Below are positions 11,672-19,752 of a stretch of 19,752 nucleotides of DNA, one piece after another. The stretch lies in contig JBBSJT010000035.1 of NCBI GenBank assembly GCA_038257035.1, forward strand, positions 1 through 19,752, in the 5' to 3' direction. Both the position numbers and the translations under genes were made by a program. The notes under the pieces are model-generated. The model was given only the letters and a program-made list of their open reading frames with translations. It searched no databases and was not told the DNA's origin. The stretch comes from Chlamydiia bacterium. GTDB taxonomy: Bacteria; Chlamydiota; Chlamydiia; Chlamydiales; Parachlamydiaceae. How positions within the stretch are numbered: the first letter of the stretch is position 1; each line of letters starts with the position of its first letter.

Positions 11672-11744
11672 CGAGTGAGGAGGGGCTCGAACCCCCGACA
11701 AGCGGCTTTGGAGACCGCTGCTCTACCAACTGAGCTACCCACCC
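11672..11744 (-). tRNA. trnW: tRNA-Trp (CCA)
   Basis: Cloverleaf: acceptor GGGTGGG/CTCACTC, D arm GCTC/GAGC, anticodon arm GCGGT-CTCCAAA-GCCGC, T loop TTCGAGC. Discriminator G; the 3' CCA is not encoded. Confidence 0.96.
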
Positions 11745-11752
11745 TTAAGTCA

Positions 11753-11818
11753 ATCCCCTTGTAAAAATTCTTGAAGTTTACAAGGGGATAAAACGAAACA
11801 GTAATATTTTACTGTTTC
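11753..11818 (-). terminator. Two tandem hairpins between tuf and tRNA-Trp (terminator or processing site)
   Basis: 10-bp perfect stem 11795-11804/11809-11818 followed on the minus strand by GTTTT. 13-bp perfect stem 11753-11765/11777-11789. Confidence 0.6.
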
Positions 11819-11824
11819 ATTTAA

Positions 11825-13009
<1,185 letters not shown>

Positions 13010-13101
13010 TTTCTACTCTCCCGTTTGGCTTGTAGTTTTTTGGTAGATTTTAAAACCTACCATAAATCTTATTTTGTTTTTTAATTTTGATTTTTTCTTT
13101 C

Positions 13102-13173
13102 TGCCCAGAATAGGAATTGAACCTACGGCCACTTACTTACCATGCAAGTGCTCTACCACTGAGCTATCTGGGC
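13102..13173 (-). tRNA. trnT: tRNA-Thr (GGT)
   Basis: Acceptor GCCCAGA/TCTGGGC, D arm GCTC/GAGC, anticodon arm CTTGC-ATGGTAA-GTAAG, T arm GTAGG-TTCAATT-CCTAT. The 3' CCA is not encoded. Confidence 0.95.
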
Positions 13174-13217
13174 ATGCTACTTTAAATAAAAATAGTTATC
13201 CAACTCGAAAGCTTGTT

Positions 13218-13246
13218 AGTCTATAATATTTTCCAAAAAAAATCAA
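13218..13246 (-). promoter_or_regulatory. Candidate sigma66/sigma70 promoter for tRNA-Thr-tuf
   Basis: TTGATT (13246-13241), 17-nt spacer, TAGACT (13223-13218). Confidence 0.5.
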
Positions 13247-13270
13247 ATACTTTCTTTTTTTTGGTCAATA

Positions 13271-13489
13271 TTATCGTTTGCGGAAAGTAATTCGCCCTTT
13301 AGATAGGTCATAAGGTGACAATTCAACCGTCACAATATCCCCTACTAAAACACGTATATTTTTCATCCGCATTTTTCCGCAAAGATGTGCCATTAAAACC
13401 ATGCCATTTTGCAGTTTAACGCGAAAAGTCATGTTGGGCAGCAACTCTTCAACAGTGCCATCTAGTTCTATCGTATCTTCTTTTGCCAT
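13271..13489 (-). CDS. infA: Translation initiation factor IF-1
   Basis: [19 protein letters not shown]...[33 protein letters not shown]; 72 aa. Confidence 0.99.
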   Translation of the reverse strand: MAKEDTIELDGTVEELLPNMTFRVKLQNGMVLMAHLCGKMRMKNIRVLVGDIVTVELSPYDLSKGRITFRKR

Positions 13490-13540
13490 ATTCTATCGTT
13501 TCACTATGAAAAATTTACCCCATAAGAGGTTTAATATAAT

Positions 13541-13568
13541 ACTTTAACATAAATTTAAAGAATGTCAA
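13541..13568 (-). promoter_or_regulatory. Candidate sigma66/sigma70 promoter for infA
   Basis: Consensus TTGACA (13568-13563), 16-nt spacer ending TGT, TAAAGT (13546-13541). Confidence 0.55.
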
Positions 13569-13591
13569 GAAAAAATAGTGGGAAGTTAAAG

Positions 13592-13623
13592 TTTTAGTGA
13601 GCTAAAATTTTAGAGAGCTAAAG
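13592..13623. repeat. Tandem pair of 16-bp dyads TTTTAG-N4-CTAAAR
   Basis: TTTTAGTGAGCTAAAA (13592-13607) immediately followed by TTTTAGAGAGCTAAAG (13608-13623). Confidence 0.7.
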
Positions 13624-13627
13624 TAGG

Positions 13628-13848
13628 AGGGATTTTAAAGGACAAAAAGGACTATAGACATATATACCCTTTCTTTAAAATTCTTAATCCAACGTTTTAT
13701 TGTTTTATAACTTTGGTTAAAAATTTTTAAAAAGAAGGTGGAAATGTCCTTTAAGTCCTTGTTGTCCTTTTTGTCCTTTTAGTCCTTTAAAATCCCTAAA
13801 AGTCCCTTCCTTTAAAATTTGTCTATTCCTTTTTGTCCTTTTAAAATT
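13628..13848. repeat. Inverted-repeat element with tandem 9-mer GTCCTTNWW arms
   Basis: Left arm 13628-13652 is complementary to 13773-13797 at 24 of 25 positions. Five in-phase 9-mers at 13746-13790. Second complementary copy at 13820-13846. Confidence 0.85.
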
Positions 13849-13917
13849 CTTCCTTTAATTAAAGCGATCCTTTAATATACAAGCTATATAAATCAACCCC
13901 ACCACTTTTAAAATAAT

Positions 13918-14337
13918 ATGTTTACAACGTGCCTTGAAAAGCAAGATCTTATAAAGAAAATATTTGACAAATGCAGTACTCCTGATGAGCGCTACCTTAA
14001 AATTATGGAATTTGGCAAACAACTGCCAAAGCTTGACCCTTCTTATAAAATAGAAGCAAATATTATCAAGGGTTGTCAAAGCACAATGTATATGCGCACT
14101 TATTCAGAAAACGGAAAACTTTTTTTCCAAGTTGATTCGGATGCCTTAATTTCGCTCGGTCTTGCAGCAATTTTGGTTTTTATTTACTCTGATGAAACGC
14201 CTGAAACCATTTTAAAGTGTCCTCCAAAATGTCTTGAAGAATTAGGCATCAGTACATTATTAAGTCCAAGCCGTGCAAACGGCCTCTATAGCATTCATCT
14301 TCGAATGAAGCAAGAAGCTTTAATTGCTTTTAGATGA
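13918..14337 (+). CDS. sufE: SufE family sulfur-acceptor protein
   Basis: RYLKIMEFGKQLP, catalytic-Cys motif IKGCQS, DSDALISLGL and LSPSRANGL; 139 aa. Confidence 0.9.
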   Translation: MFTTCLEKQDLIKKIFDKCSTPDERYLKIMEFGKQLPKLDPSYKIEANIIKGCQSTMYMRTYSENGKLFFQVDSDALISLGLAAILVFIYSDETPETILKCPPKCLEELGISTLLSPSRANGLYSIHLRMKQEALIAFR

Positions 14338-14338
14338 G

Positions 14339-16135
14339 TTATCTAACATCAAACTCTAACTTCCATTTATTCGCCTCATCTGCAACGCACCAAAGTTCCA
14401 AAAATCCAAGTTCGGTAACTTTCGATTTAAGTTTAACGCGAACCATTTTTCCAAGCTCATTTTTTTCTAAGGTCGTTTCTATAGAATGAAGTTCATTCAG
14501 TTCCTGGCTTATATTTTTAACTATTGTTCCGACAACGGGCGTTACACCGTTTTTTAAGTTTTTAGCACTTAAACTAAAAAAGCGAAACATCGCAGGTTGG
14601 CCAACAGACAAAACAAATTCTTGGGAAGATAACTCAGCTTCACTACCCTCTTCCATCCCAAAAGGCACAACACAAAAGGCTTTCATACTTTTTGCAATTC
14701 CTGGTACTGCAGGTGCTGAATCCTCAATACCGATGTAATAACTTCTTGCAGTGCCACTCTTAACACGAACGGCAAGACCATGGCGGCTCAAACCATAATA
14801 TACAGCTCCAAGACTTACAGCATTATCAAAATCAGGTTCAGGAAGTACTCTAACTGGATCTTTATTTAACTTTTTTGCCCAACTATTTAACAGTTCGACT
14901 AATCGATTCCTTAAGGCATCAGCCTTTAATGTACCACCATTAAATAAAATGGCAGTTGGCATTTTAAAAGAATCGTTCCCACTATTTCCCTCCTCATTAC
15001 CACAAATAGCTAAAAATTTGGCAAGCTGGCAGGAAATACGTGGATCTTTTGCAAAGGGTAATCCAACTTCGGCAAGTCCAAAGCTACCAACGGTTTCAGA
15101 CCGCTCTTCAGTACCAACAAGAGGTAGAAATCCATCAACAACAAGGCTTACTACCTCATCAAGCGTTAATTTTGTTTTTAAAAGAGAACCGATGAGTTTA
15201 CTGCCTTTTCCAACCAAAGTTATGTCTACGCTTTTTGGAGGATCCATTCCAAGTAATTTTTCTTTTGCCTGCCTGCAAACATGAATAAGTGATTGTAATT
15301 GTACATCACTGATCTCATGTCCTGCATCTTCAAATTTTGCCTTAGCAAAATAGGCTAAAGTCAAATCAATGTTGTCCCCGCCAAGGAGTAGGTGATCACC
15401 AACAGCAACGCGTTTTAAATTTAAATCTCCGTTTTCATTTTCAACCGAAATTAAACTAAAATCTGTTGTTCCTCCGCCAATATCAACTACAAGACATGAA
15501 TCATTTACTTTTAAAGATTCACGCCAATTGTCGTTTTGTCGATGAAGCCATGCATAGAATGCGCTTAAAGGCTCTTCAATAAGCACAATTTCAGGGTAAC
15601 CTGCAAGCACTGCCGCCTCTTTAATCAACTCTCTTGCGCTAGGATCAAACGATGCCGGGACAGTAATTAAAACCTCAGCTTCATTAAAAGATGAAGTTGG
15701 CATTTTAAAGTCCCAAGCGCATTTAAGATGTTTCAATAATGCAGAACAGGCCTCCAAGGGACTTAAAAGAGTCTCTTTTTCAACTGAATGGAGGGGTAAA
15801 AAGCGATTTCTCCGATCAACCCTCGAGAAACAAGCCCAAGACTTTGCAGATGCAATAACTCGGTGTGGAAGTTCTTCGCCTCTATTTTTTGCAAAAAGTC
15901 CAATCGTATAATTTGTCAATTCTGTAAAATCTGCTTTGCTAACCTGATTGTCGAGTTCCTCCTTCAATGGAAAATAGATGAATGAAGGTAGTGAGAATTG
16001 CTCGCCCTGTAAATTTGCACTAATGATTTGAGGAATTTTAAATTGAATGATCTCTTTTTCGTTTCCCTCTAAAAAGCAGTAAGCCATTGTGCAATTGGTT
16101 GTGCCAAGATCAATACCTATAATCGTTTTTTTCAT
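14339..16135 (-). CDS. Atypical Hsp70-family ATPase (not canonical DnaK)
   Basis: IGIDLGTTNC, ITVPASFD, EEPLSAFY, VVDIGGGTTDFS, LGGDNID and LFNGG nucleotide-binding motifs. The C-terminus lacks DnaK substrate-binding-domain motifs. Confidence 0.9.
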   Translation of the reverse strand: MKKTIIGIDLGTTNCTMAYCFLEGNEKEIIQFKIPQIISANLQGEQFSLPSFIYFPLKEELDNQVSKADFTELTNYTIGLFAKNRGEELPHRVIASAKSWACFSRVDRRNRFLPLHSVEKETLLSPLEACSALLKHLKCAWDFKMPTSSFNEAEVLITVPASFDPSARELIKEAAVLAGYPEIVLIEEPLSAFYAWLHRQNDNWRESLKVNDSCLVVDIGGGTTDFSLISVENENGDLNLKRVAVGDHLLLGGDNIDLTLAYFAKAKFEDAGHEISDVQLQSLIHVCRQAKEKLLGMDPPKSVDITLVGKGSKLIGSLLKTKLTLDEVVSLVVDGFLPLVGTEERSETVGSFGLAEVGLPFAKDPRISCQLAKFLAICGNEEGNSGNDSFKMPTAILFNGGTLKADALRNRLVELLNSWAKKLNKDPVRVLPEPDFDNAVSLGAVYYGLSRHGLAVRVKSGTARSYYIGIEDSAPAVPGIAKSMKAFCVVPFGMEEGSEAELSSQEFVLSVGQPAMFRFFSLSAKNLKNGVTPVVGTIVKNISQELNELHSIETTLEKNELGKMVRVKLKSKVTELGFLELWCVADEANKWKLEFDVR

Positions 16136-16635
16136 CTTATTTCCACTTCTGCAGGATAAAGGACTTCACTCGTTTGCTTGCCAATTTTTTTAGGTAGCGA
16201 TTTTTTATGGGCTTTCCAACCTTTATGAATCAAAATGCCTGAAAATGGAGGCTCTCCTGATACTTTTCCGACCATTTTAATCTCTGATGGATCATATCCC
16301 TTTTCAACTTGGATCACTGAGCCTTCGTTTTCATCTCTCACACTCCTTATAGTCACAAATTCTTCAATTGTTTTTGCACAATCTGCATGAATTTGCCTAA
16401 TAGCACAACCAATTTGATCATCCGTAAATCCGCTAATATCTTCTTTGAGAAAGTCAATAAGTCGTCCCTGTTGCTGCAATAAAGCAAGAAGCCGTAAATG
16501 TGAAGGATCCTCTTTAACATTTTCATCTAGAAGCTTTGGCTCAAGACGCTTTGAATCATCTTGAATAAATTTTGTGGCTTTTGCAGGCTCTTTCCATGCT
16601 TTGTAAAAAGCTTTAAATGCTAGTGCTAATCCCAT
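16132..16635 (-). CDS. DUF2760-like protein
   Basis: LRLLALLQQQGRLIDFLKEDISGFTDDQIG...PPFSGILIHKGW is a pattern I recognise as DUF2760. ATGA overlap with the Hsp70 gene. Confidence 0.8.
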   Translation of the reverse strand: MGLALAFKAFYKAWKEPAKATKFIQDDSKRLEPKLLDENVKEDPSHLRLLALLQQQGRLIDFLKEDISGFTDDQIGCAIRQIHADCAKTIEEFVTIRSVRDENEGSVIQVEKGYDPSEIKMVGKVSGEPPFSGILIHKGWKAHKKSLPKKIGKQTSEVLYPAEVEIR

Positions 16636-16638
16636 TTT

Positions 16639-17904
16639 TTAACCTTTAAATTTAAATACGTCATAGAGTTCATAGATGGTGTCACTATAGCCTGTTCCAT
16701 TGAGTATCTCCATCATTAATGCTACAAAAAAGAAACAAAAAATAAAAGTAAGCAAGGGCTTGCCGCCCGGCAATCCGCTATCGCTTTTATATCCTAAACG
16801 ATAACGTCCCACCCATACCATTGCAACGGGTATTAGTCCATTTAAAATAGTGTCCCCGTATCCACCTGTTGCGTATAAGGCAATTAAAAAAATTCTCTCG
16901 TATTTGACGGCAATAATATAGGTTGGCACCATGACGATTAGCATTAAGGCTAATTTTCCAAATCCTTTTTTCTTAATTTTTAATCCGTCGCTAAGAAAAT
17001 CAAAAAGCCCCAAAGAAATACCAAGAAAAGATGTTGCAATAGCAAAAAAGCTAAAAAACTCCACAGAGGCCACAAGCCAATGGCCTTTTACATGCTCTCT
17101 TAGAAATTGTGTGGCAGGCTCGCCTTTTTCAAGGGCCTCTTTTAGACCAAAAGGACCATCCACCGGTACAATGCCTAAAATAAGAAGTTGCCAAATCAAA
17201 TAAATTAATAGAGTAAGTGTTGTTCCGCCAATGATTGCTTTTTGAAGAGCTTTTGAATTTTTCTTTAATAAAGGTGTTAAACTTGGCACCATCGTCTGAA
17301 AACTAAACGCTGTAAGTAAAAGAGGCAAAACCATTAAACTTCCCGACCATTCACGTTTTATAAGAAGTTTTGGATTCACCTCATCAACTCCTGTCATGAC
17401 CAGCCCGAAATAGGCAAGTAACATTCCTACAAAAAGAATCGAATTCACACGACCGACTACCACATTACTGACGTAAAATAAACTTCCAAAGATCAATATG
17501 AAAATTAAGGCTCCAATATCTTTCGAAAAGTGAATTCCCAAATAATATTCAAAAGTTGAAGCAACTTGAATTCCGGCGCCTGCCGTATAAGCCACAATGG
17601 ATGCATAGCTAATAAAAAGAAATAGCAACCAGGTTAAGATTTTAAATTTATTGCCAAGCAATCTGACTGTCATTGTGCTTGTATGAACATCATCCTCATG
17701 CATCCACAAGCTTGCTTCTAAAAGTAAAAGTGCTGTTGCTGTCATTGCTAAATAGCAAACCAGCATAACAGCAAGTGATGGTAAAAATCCGTTAATTCCT
17801 GTTGCAACCGGCAATGCAAGCATTCCTCCGCCAATGCAAGTACCTGCAACGAGAAACATTGCAGAAAATATGCTTAATGGTTGTGAAGTTTCTTTTTTTT
17901 CCAC
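16639..17904 (-). CDS. tyrP: Aromatic amino acid permease, TyrP/Mtr (HAAAP) family
   Basis: LVAGTCIGGGMLALP N-terminal motif, about 11 hydrophobic segments and FAIATSFLGISLGLFDFLSD; GTG start. Exact substrate not determinable. Confidence 0.85.
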   Translation of the reverse strand: MEKKETSQPLSIFSAMFLVAGTCIGGGMLALPVATGINGFLPSLAVMLVCYLAMTATALLLLEASLWMHEDDVHTSTMTVRLLGNKFKILTWLLFLFISYASIVAYTAGAGIQVASTFEYYLGIHFSKDIGALIFILIFGSLFYVSNVVVGRVNSILFVGMLLAYFGLVMTGVDEVNPKLLIKREWSGSLMVLPLLLTAFSFQTMVPSLTPLLKKNSKALQKAIIGGTTLTLLIYLIWQLLILGIVPVDGPFGLKEALEKGEPATQFLREHVKGHWLVASVEFFSFFAIATSFLGISLGLFDFLSDGLKIKKKGFGKLALMLIVMVPTYIIAVKYERIFLIALYATGGYGDTILNGLIPVAMVWVGRYRLGYKSDSGLPGGKPLLTFIFCFFFVALMMEILNGTGYSDTIYELYDVFKFKG

Positions 17905-17919
17905 TTAATTTTATCCCTG

Positions 17920-17960
17920 TTAAACTACAATAGTTTAAAACAATTTCAAATTTTTCGCAA
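17920..17960 (-). promoter_or_regulatory. Candidate promoter of the permease operon with an overlapping palindromic operator
   Basis: TTGCGA (17960-17955), 17-nt spacer, TAAACT (17937-17932). Perfect dyad TTAAACTA-CAA-TAGTTTAA at 17920-17938. Confidence 0.55.
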
Positions 17961-18039
17961 TTGCAAAATAATCCTCAATTTGTTAGAAACCATCATACTA
18001 ATCCTATTTTTTACAAAGAGACTTAAACTCTATGAGGGA

Positions 18040-18221
18040 TTTTTTTACCGCGAAGACCGCGAAGAAAGACGCGAAGAGACGCGAAGAAGCGCAGCTTATG
18101 CTGCGATAGGGAAGATATCATATCTTGTTTTTCTTGATTCTTCATCGCGCGAATGCGCGCTTCTTCGCGTTTCTTCCCGCAGCGAAGCTTGCGCTTCTTC
18201 GCGGTCTTCGCGGTAAAAAAA
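18040..18221. repeat. 182-bp REPIN/MITE-like inverted-repeat element with CGCGAAGA repeat arms
   Basis: Perfect 27-bp terminal inverted repeats (18040-18066 / 18195-18221). Four CGCGAAGA units on the left and three TCTTCGCG on the right. Inner 14-bp IR at 18079-18092 / 18157-18170. Confidence 0.92.
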
Positions 18222-18249
18222 GCAAAATAACCGGTATAAAAAACGTAAC

Positions 18250-18263
18250 GAGAGAGAGAGAGA
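18250..18263 (+). repeat. (GA)7 microsatellite at the RBS position
   Basis: GAGAGAGAGAGAGA ends 2 nt before ATG 18266. Confidence 0.8.
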
Positions 18264-18265
18264 TT

Positions 18266-19057
18266 ATGCGAATTTTAAAACAAAGTCTTACACTATTTGT
18301 TTGCACGCTTTCACTGTTCATGAATTTGCAAAGTGAAATCATTGAAATTCATAACATGAGTGAAATCCATCAATACATTAAGCCTAATACGCTGATTGTA
18401 TTCGATATTGACAATACTCTTTTAGAACCATCCCAGGAACTTGGCAGTGATCAATGGTTTTATCGTCAATTTGAAAAATACTTAGAAAGTGGCATGTTAT
18501 TAAAATCGGCCTTGAATAAAACATTGGACGAATGGCATGCAATTCAGTGTTTAACCAATGTAAATATTGTTGAAGAGGGATCAGAAAAAATCATTCAAAA
18601 TCTTCAAGCTGAAAAATTTGACATCATAGGATTGACAACACGTGGACTTGAAATGTCAAACTGTACAAGTAGTCAGCTAAAAACGCTTCATATTGATTTA
18701 TCTAAAACCTCCCCTGTAAAAAAAGATTGCTTTTTCATCAATTCGAACAAAGGGGTTCTTTTTCACGATGGGATTTTATTTACAACAGCGACACATAAAG
18801 GAGAGGCTTTTTTTAAATTATTGGACCAAATCCACTATGAGCCCTCCCATGTTGTCTTTATTAATGATAAAGCAACCCACATTAAGGATTTGGAAGAGAC
18901 TTGTGAGACAAGAAACGTTCCTTTTGTTGGACTGCGTTATGGCTTTCTTGATGAAAAAGTAAAAACTTTTCAAATGGATGTTGCAGAAATTCAATTCCAA
19001 CACTTTGGAAAAATTCTAACAAATGAAGAAGCTTCCACACTCTTAAATAGCCACTAA
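18266..19057 (+). CDS. DUF2608-like, HAD-superfamily-like protein with predicted signal peptide
   Basis: HAD-type motifs VFDIDNTL (DxDxT), LTTR, HKG and FIND. N-terminus MRILKQSLTLFVCTLSLFMNLQS resembles a Sec signal. Start moved from the track's 18125 to ATG 18266 (263 aa). Confidence 0.8.
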   Translation: MRILKQSLTLFVCTLSLFMNLQSEIIEIHNMSEIHQYIKPNTLIVFDIDNTLLEPSQELGSDQWFYRQFEKYLESGMLLKSALNKTLDEWHAIQCLTNVNIVEEGSEKIIQNLQAEKFDIIGLTTRGLEMSNCTSSQLKTLHIDLSKTSPVKKDCFFINSNKGVLFHDGILFTTATHKGEAFFKLLDQIHYEPSHVVFINDKATHIKDLEETCETRNVPFVGLRYGFLDEKVKTFQMDVAEIQFQHFGKILTNEEASTLLNSH

Positions 19058-19059
19058 AA

Positions 19060-19752
19060 ATGGTTGTTTTTGATAAAATCTCTTTTAAATATGGTCATAA
19101 GACGATTTTATCCGATCTTTCCTTTTCCCTAAAAAAGGGAGAGATCGGCTCTCTTATCGGCCTGTCAGGTTCAGGAAAAACAACCATTTTCAAACTATTG
19201 ACAGGCCTTTTGCCTTTGCAGCAAGGAACTCTTAAAATTTCAGAAGAAAAACTTCTTTGCCATTCTCAAATTGCCTGCATGATGCAAGAAGATCTGCTTT
19301 TACCCTGGCGCACCATTTTAAGCAATTTAACTTTGCTAAAAGAACTTGGAAAAAAACCTTCAATTAGTTTTGAAACCTTGGAAAAGGCAAAAGAGCTACT
19401 TCATGAAATGGGATTGTCCCATTGCGCTAAGATGTTCCCTCATGAACTATCTTCAGGCATGAGGCAGCGCGTTTCTTTAGCGCGTGCCTTACTACAAGAA
19501 TTGCCCATTCTTCTACTCGATGAACCATTTGCATCTCTTGATGTGGCAATCCGAGAGCAGTTATATCTCTATTTAAGACAAATTCAAAAAAAACATCAAA
19601 CGACTATGCTGATGGTCACGCATGACTTTCGCGATGCTCTATCTCTTTCTGATCGCATTTTCTTTTTATCGGGGGGCAAAATTACAAAGACATGGGAGGT
19701 TACCGATTCGATCCGTTCTGACCCTGCAGCCTGTGGCATCCTCCTTGACGAA
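19060..19752 (+). CDS. ABC transporter ATP-binding protein, TauB/SsuB/NrtD-like (3' end outside the window)
   Basis: Translated by hand from ATG 19060: MVVFDKISFKYG, Walker A GLSGSGKT, QEDLLLPWRT, signature LSSGMRQR, Walker B LLLDEPF, H-loop VTHD. Open to the window end, so absent from the ORF track. Confidence 0.92.
   Translation, partial: MVVFDKISFKYGHKTILSDLSFSLKKGEIGSLIGLSGSGKTTIFKLLTGLLPLQQGTLKISEEKLLCHSQIACMMQEDLLLPWRTILSNLTLLKELGKKPSISFETLEKAKELLHEMGLSHCAKMFPHELSSGMRQRVSLARALLQELPILLLDEPFASLDVAIREQLYLYLRQIQKKHQTTMLMVTHDFRDALSLSDRIFFLSGGKITKTWEVTDSIRSDPAACGILLDE

Noticed and set aside
11557..11824. Missing rpmG or remnant between tuf and secE
   Set aside because: No remnant is visible, and tuf-tRNA-Trp-secE adjacency is the usual chlamydial order.
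13102..13173. A at position 32 of tRNA-Thr as a sign of a pseudo-tRNA
   Set aside because: All stems are intact, and as I recall chlamydial tRNA-Thr(GGT) has the same loop.
13594..13621. CIRCE/HrcA operator
   Set aside because: Only one half-site resembles GAGTGCTAA (GAGAGCTAA); the other half and the 9-nt spacing do not fit.
13628..18221. CRISPR array interpretation of the repeats
   Set aside because: Units are 7-9 nt, abutting and inverted, with no unique spacers of regular length and no cas genes.
17980..18342. ORFs 17980-18216, 18142-18342 and the 18125 extension of the DUF2608-like gene
   Set aside because: These Arg/Ser-rich read-throughs arise from the stop-poor repeat element. The signal peptide begins at 18266.

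Overview
A core-genome segment of an environmental Chlamydiota (Parachlamydiales-like) bacterium. The assignment is inferred from protein sequences and gene order. The minus strand carries the conserved cluster infA, tRNA-Thr(GGT), tuf, tRNA-Trp(CCA), secE, nusG, rplK, rplA, rplJ, rplL, rpoB, rpoC. Further along are sufE (+), a tightly coupled minus-strand operon (TyrP/Mtr-family permease, DUF2760-like protein, atypical Hsp70), a DUF2608/HAD-like exported protein (+) and a truncated TauB/SsuB-type ABC ATPase (+). No transposase, integrase or CRISPR array is present. The main unexplained signal is non-coding: three intergenic elements built from short tandem repeats. Two of them (54-110 and 18040-18221) share a grammar of T-run, several CGCRRAG units and a GC stem with a 4-nt loop. 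The two complete elements (13628-13848 and 18040-18221) form long inverted repeats with alternative pairings and sit between divergent genes. This looks like a REP/REPIN- or MITE-like family with no cognate enzyme in the window. Other points are candidate operators, structured leaders and unusual substitutions in the RpoB flap.
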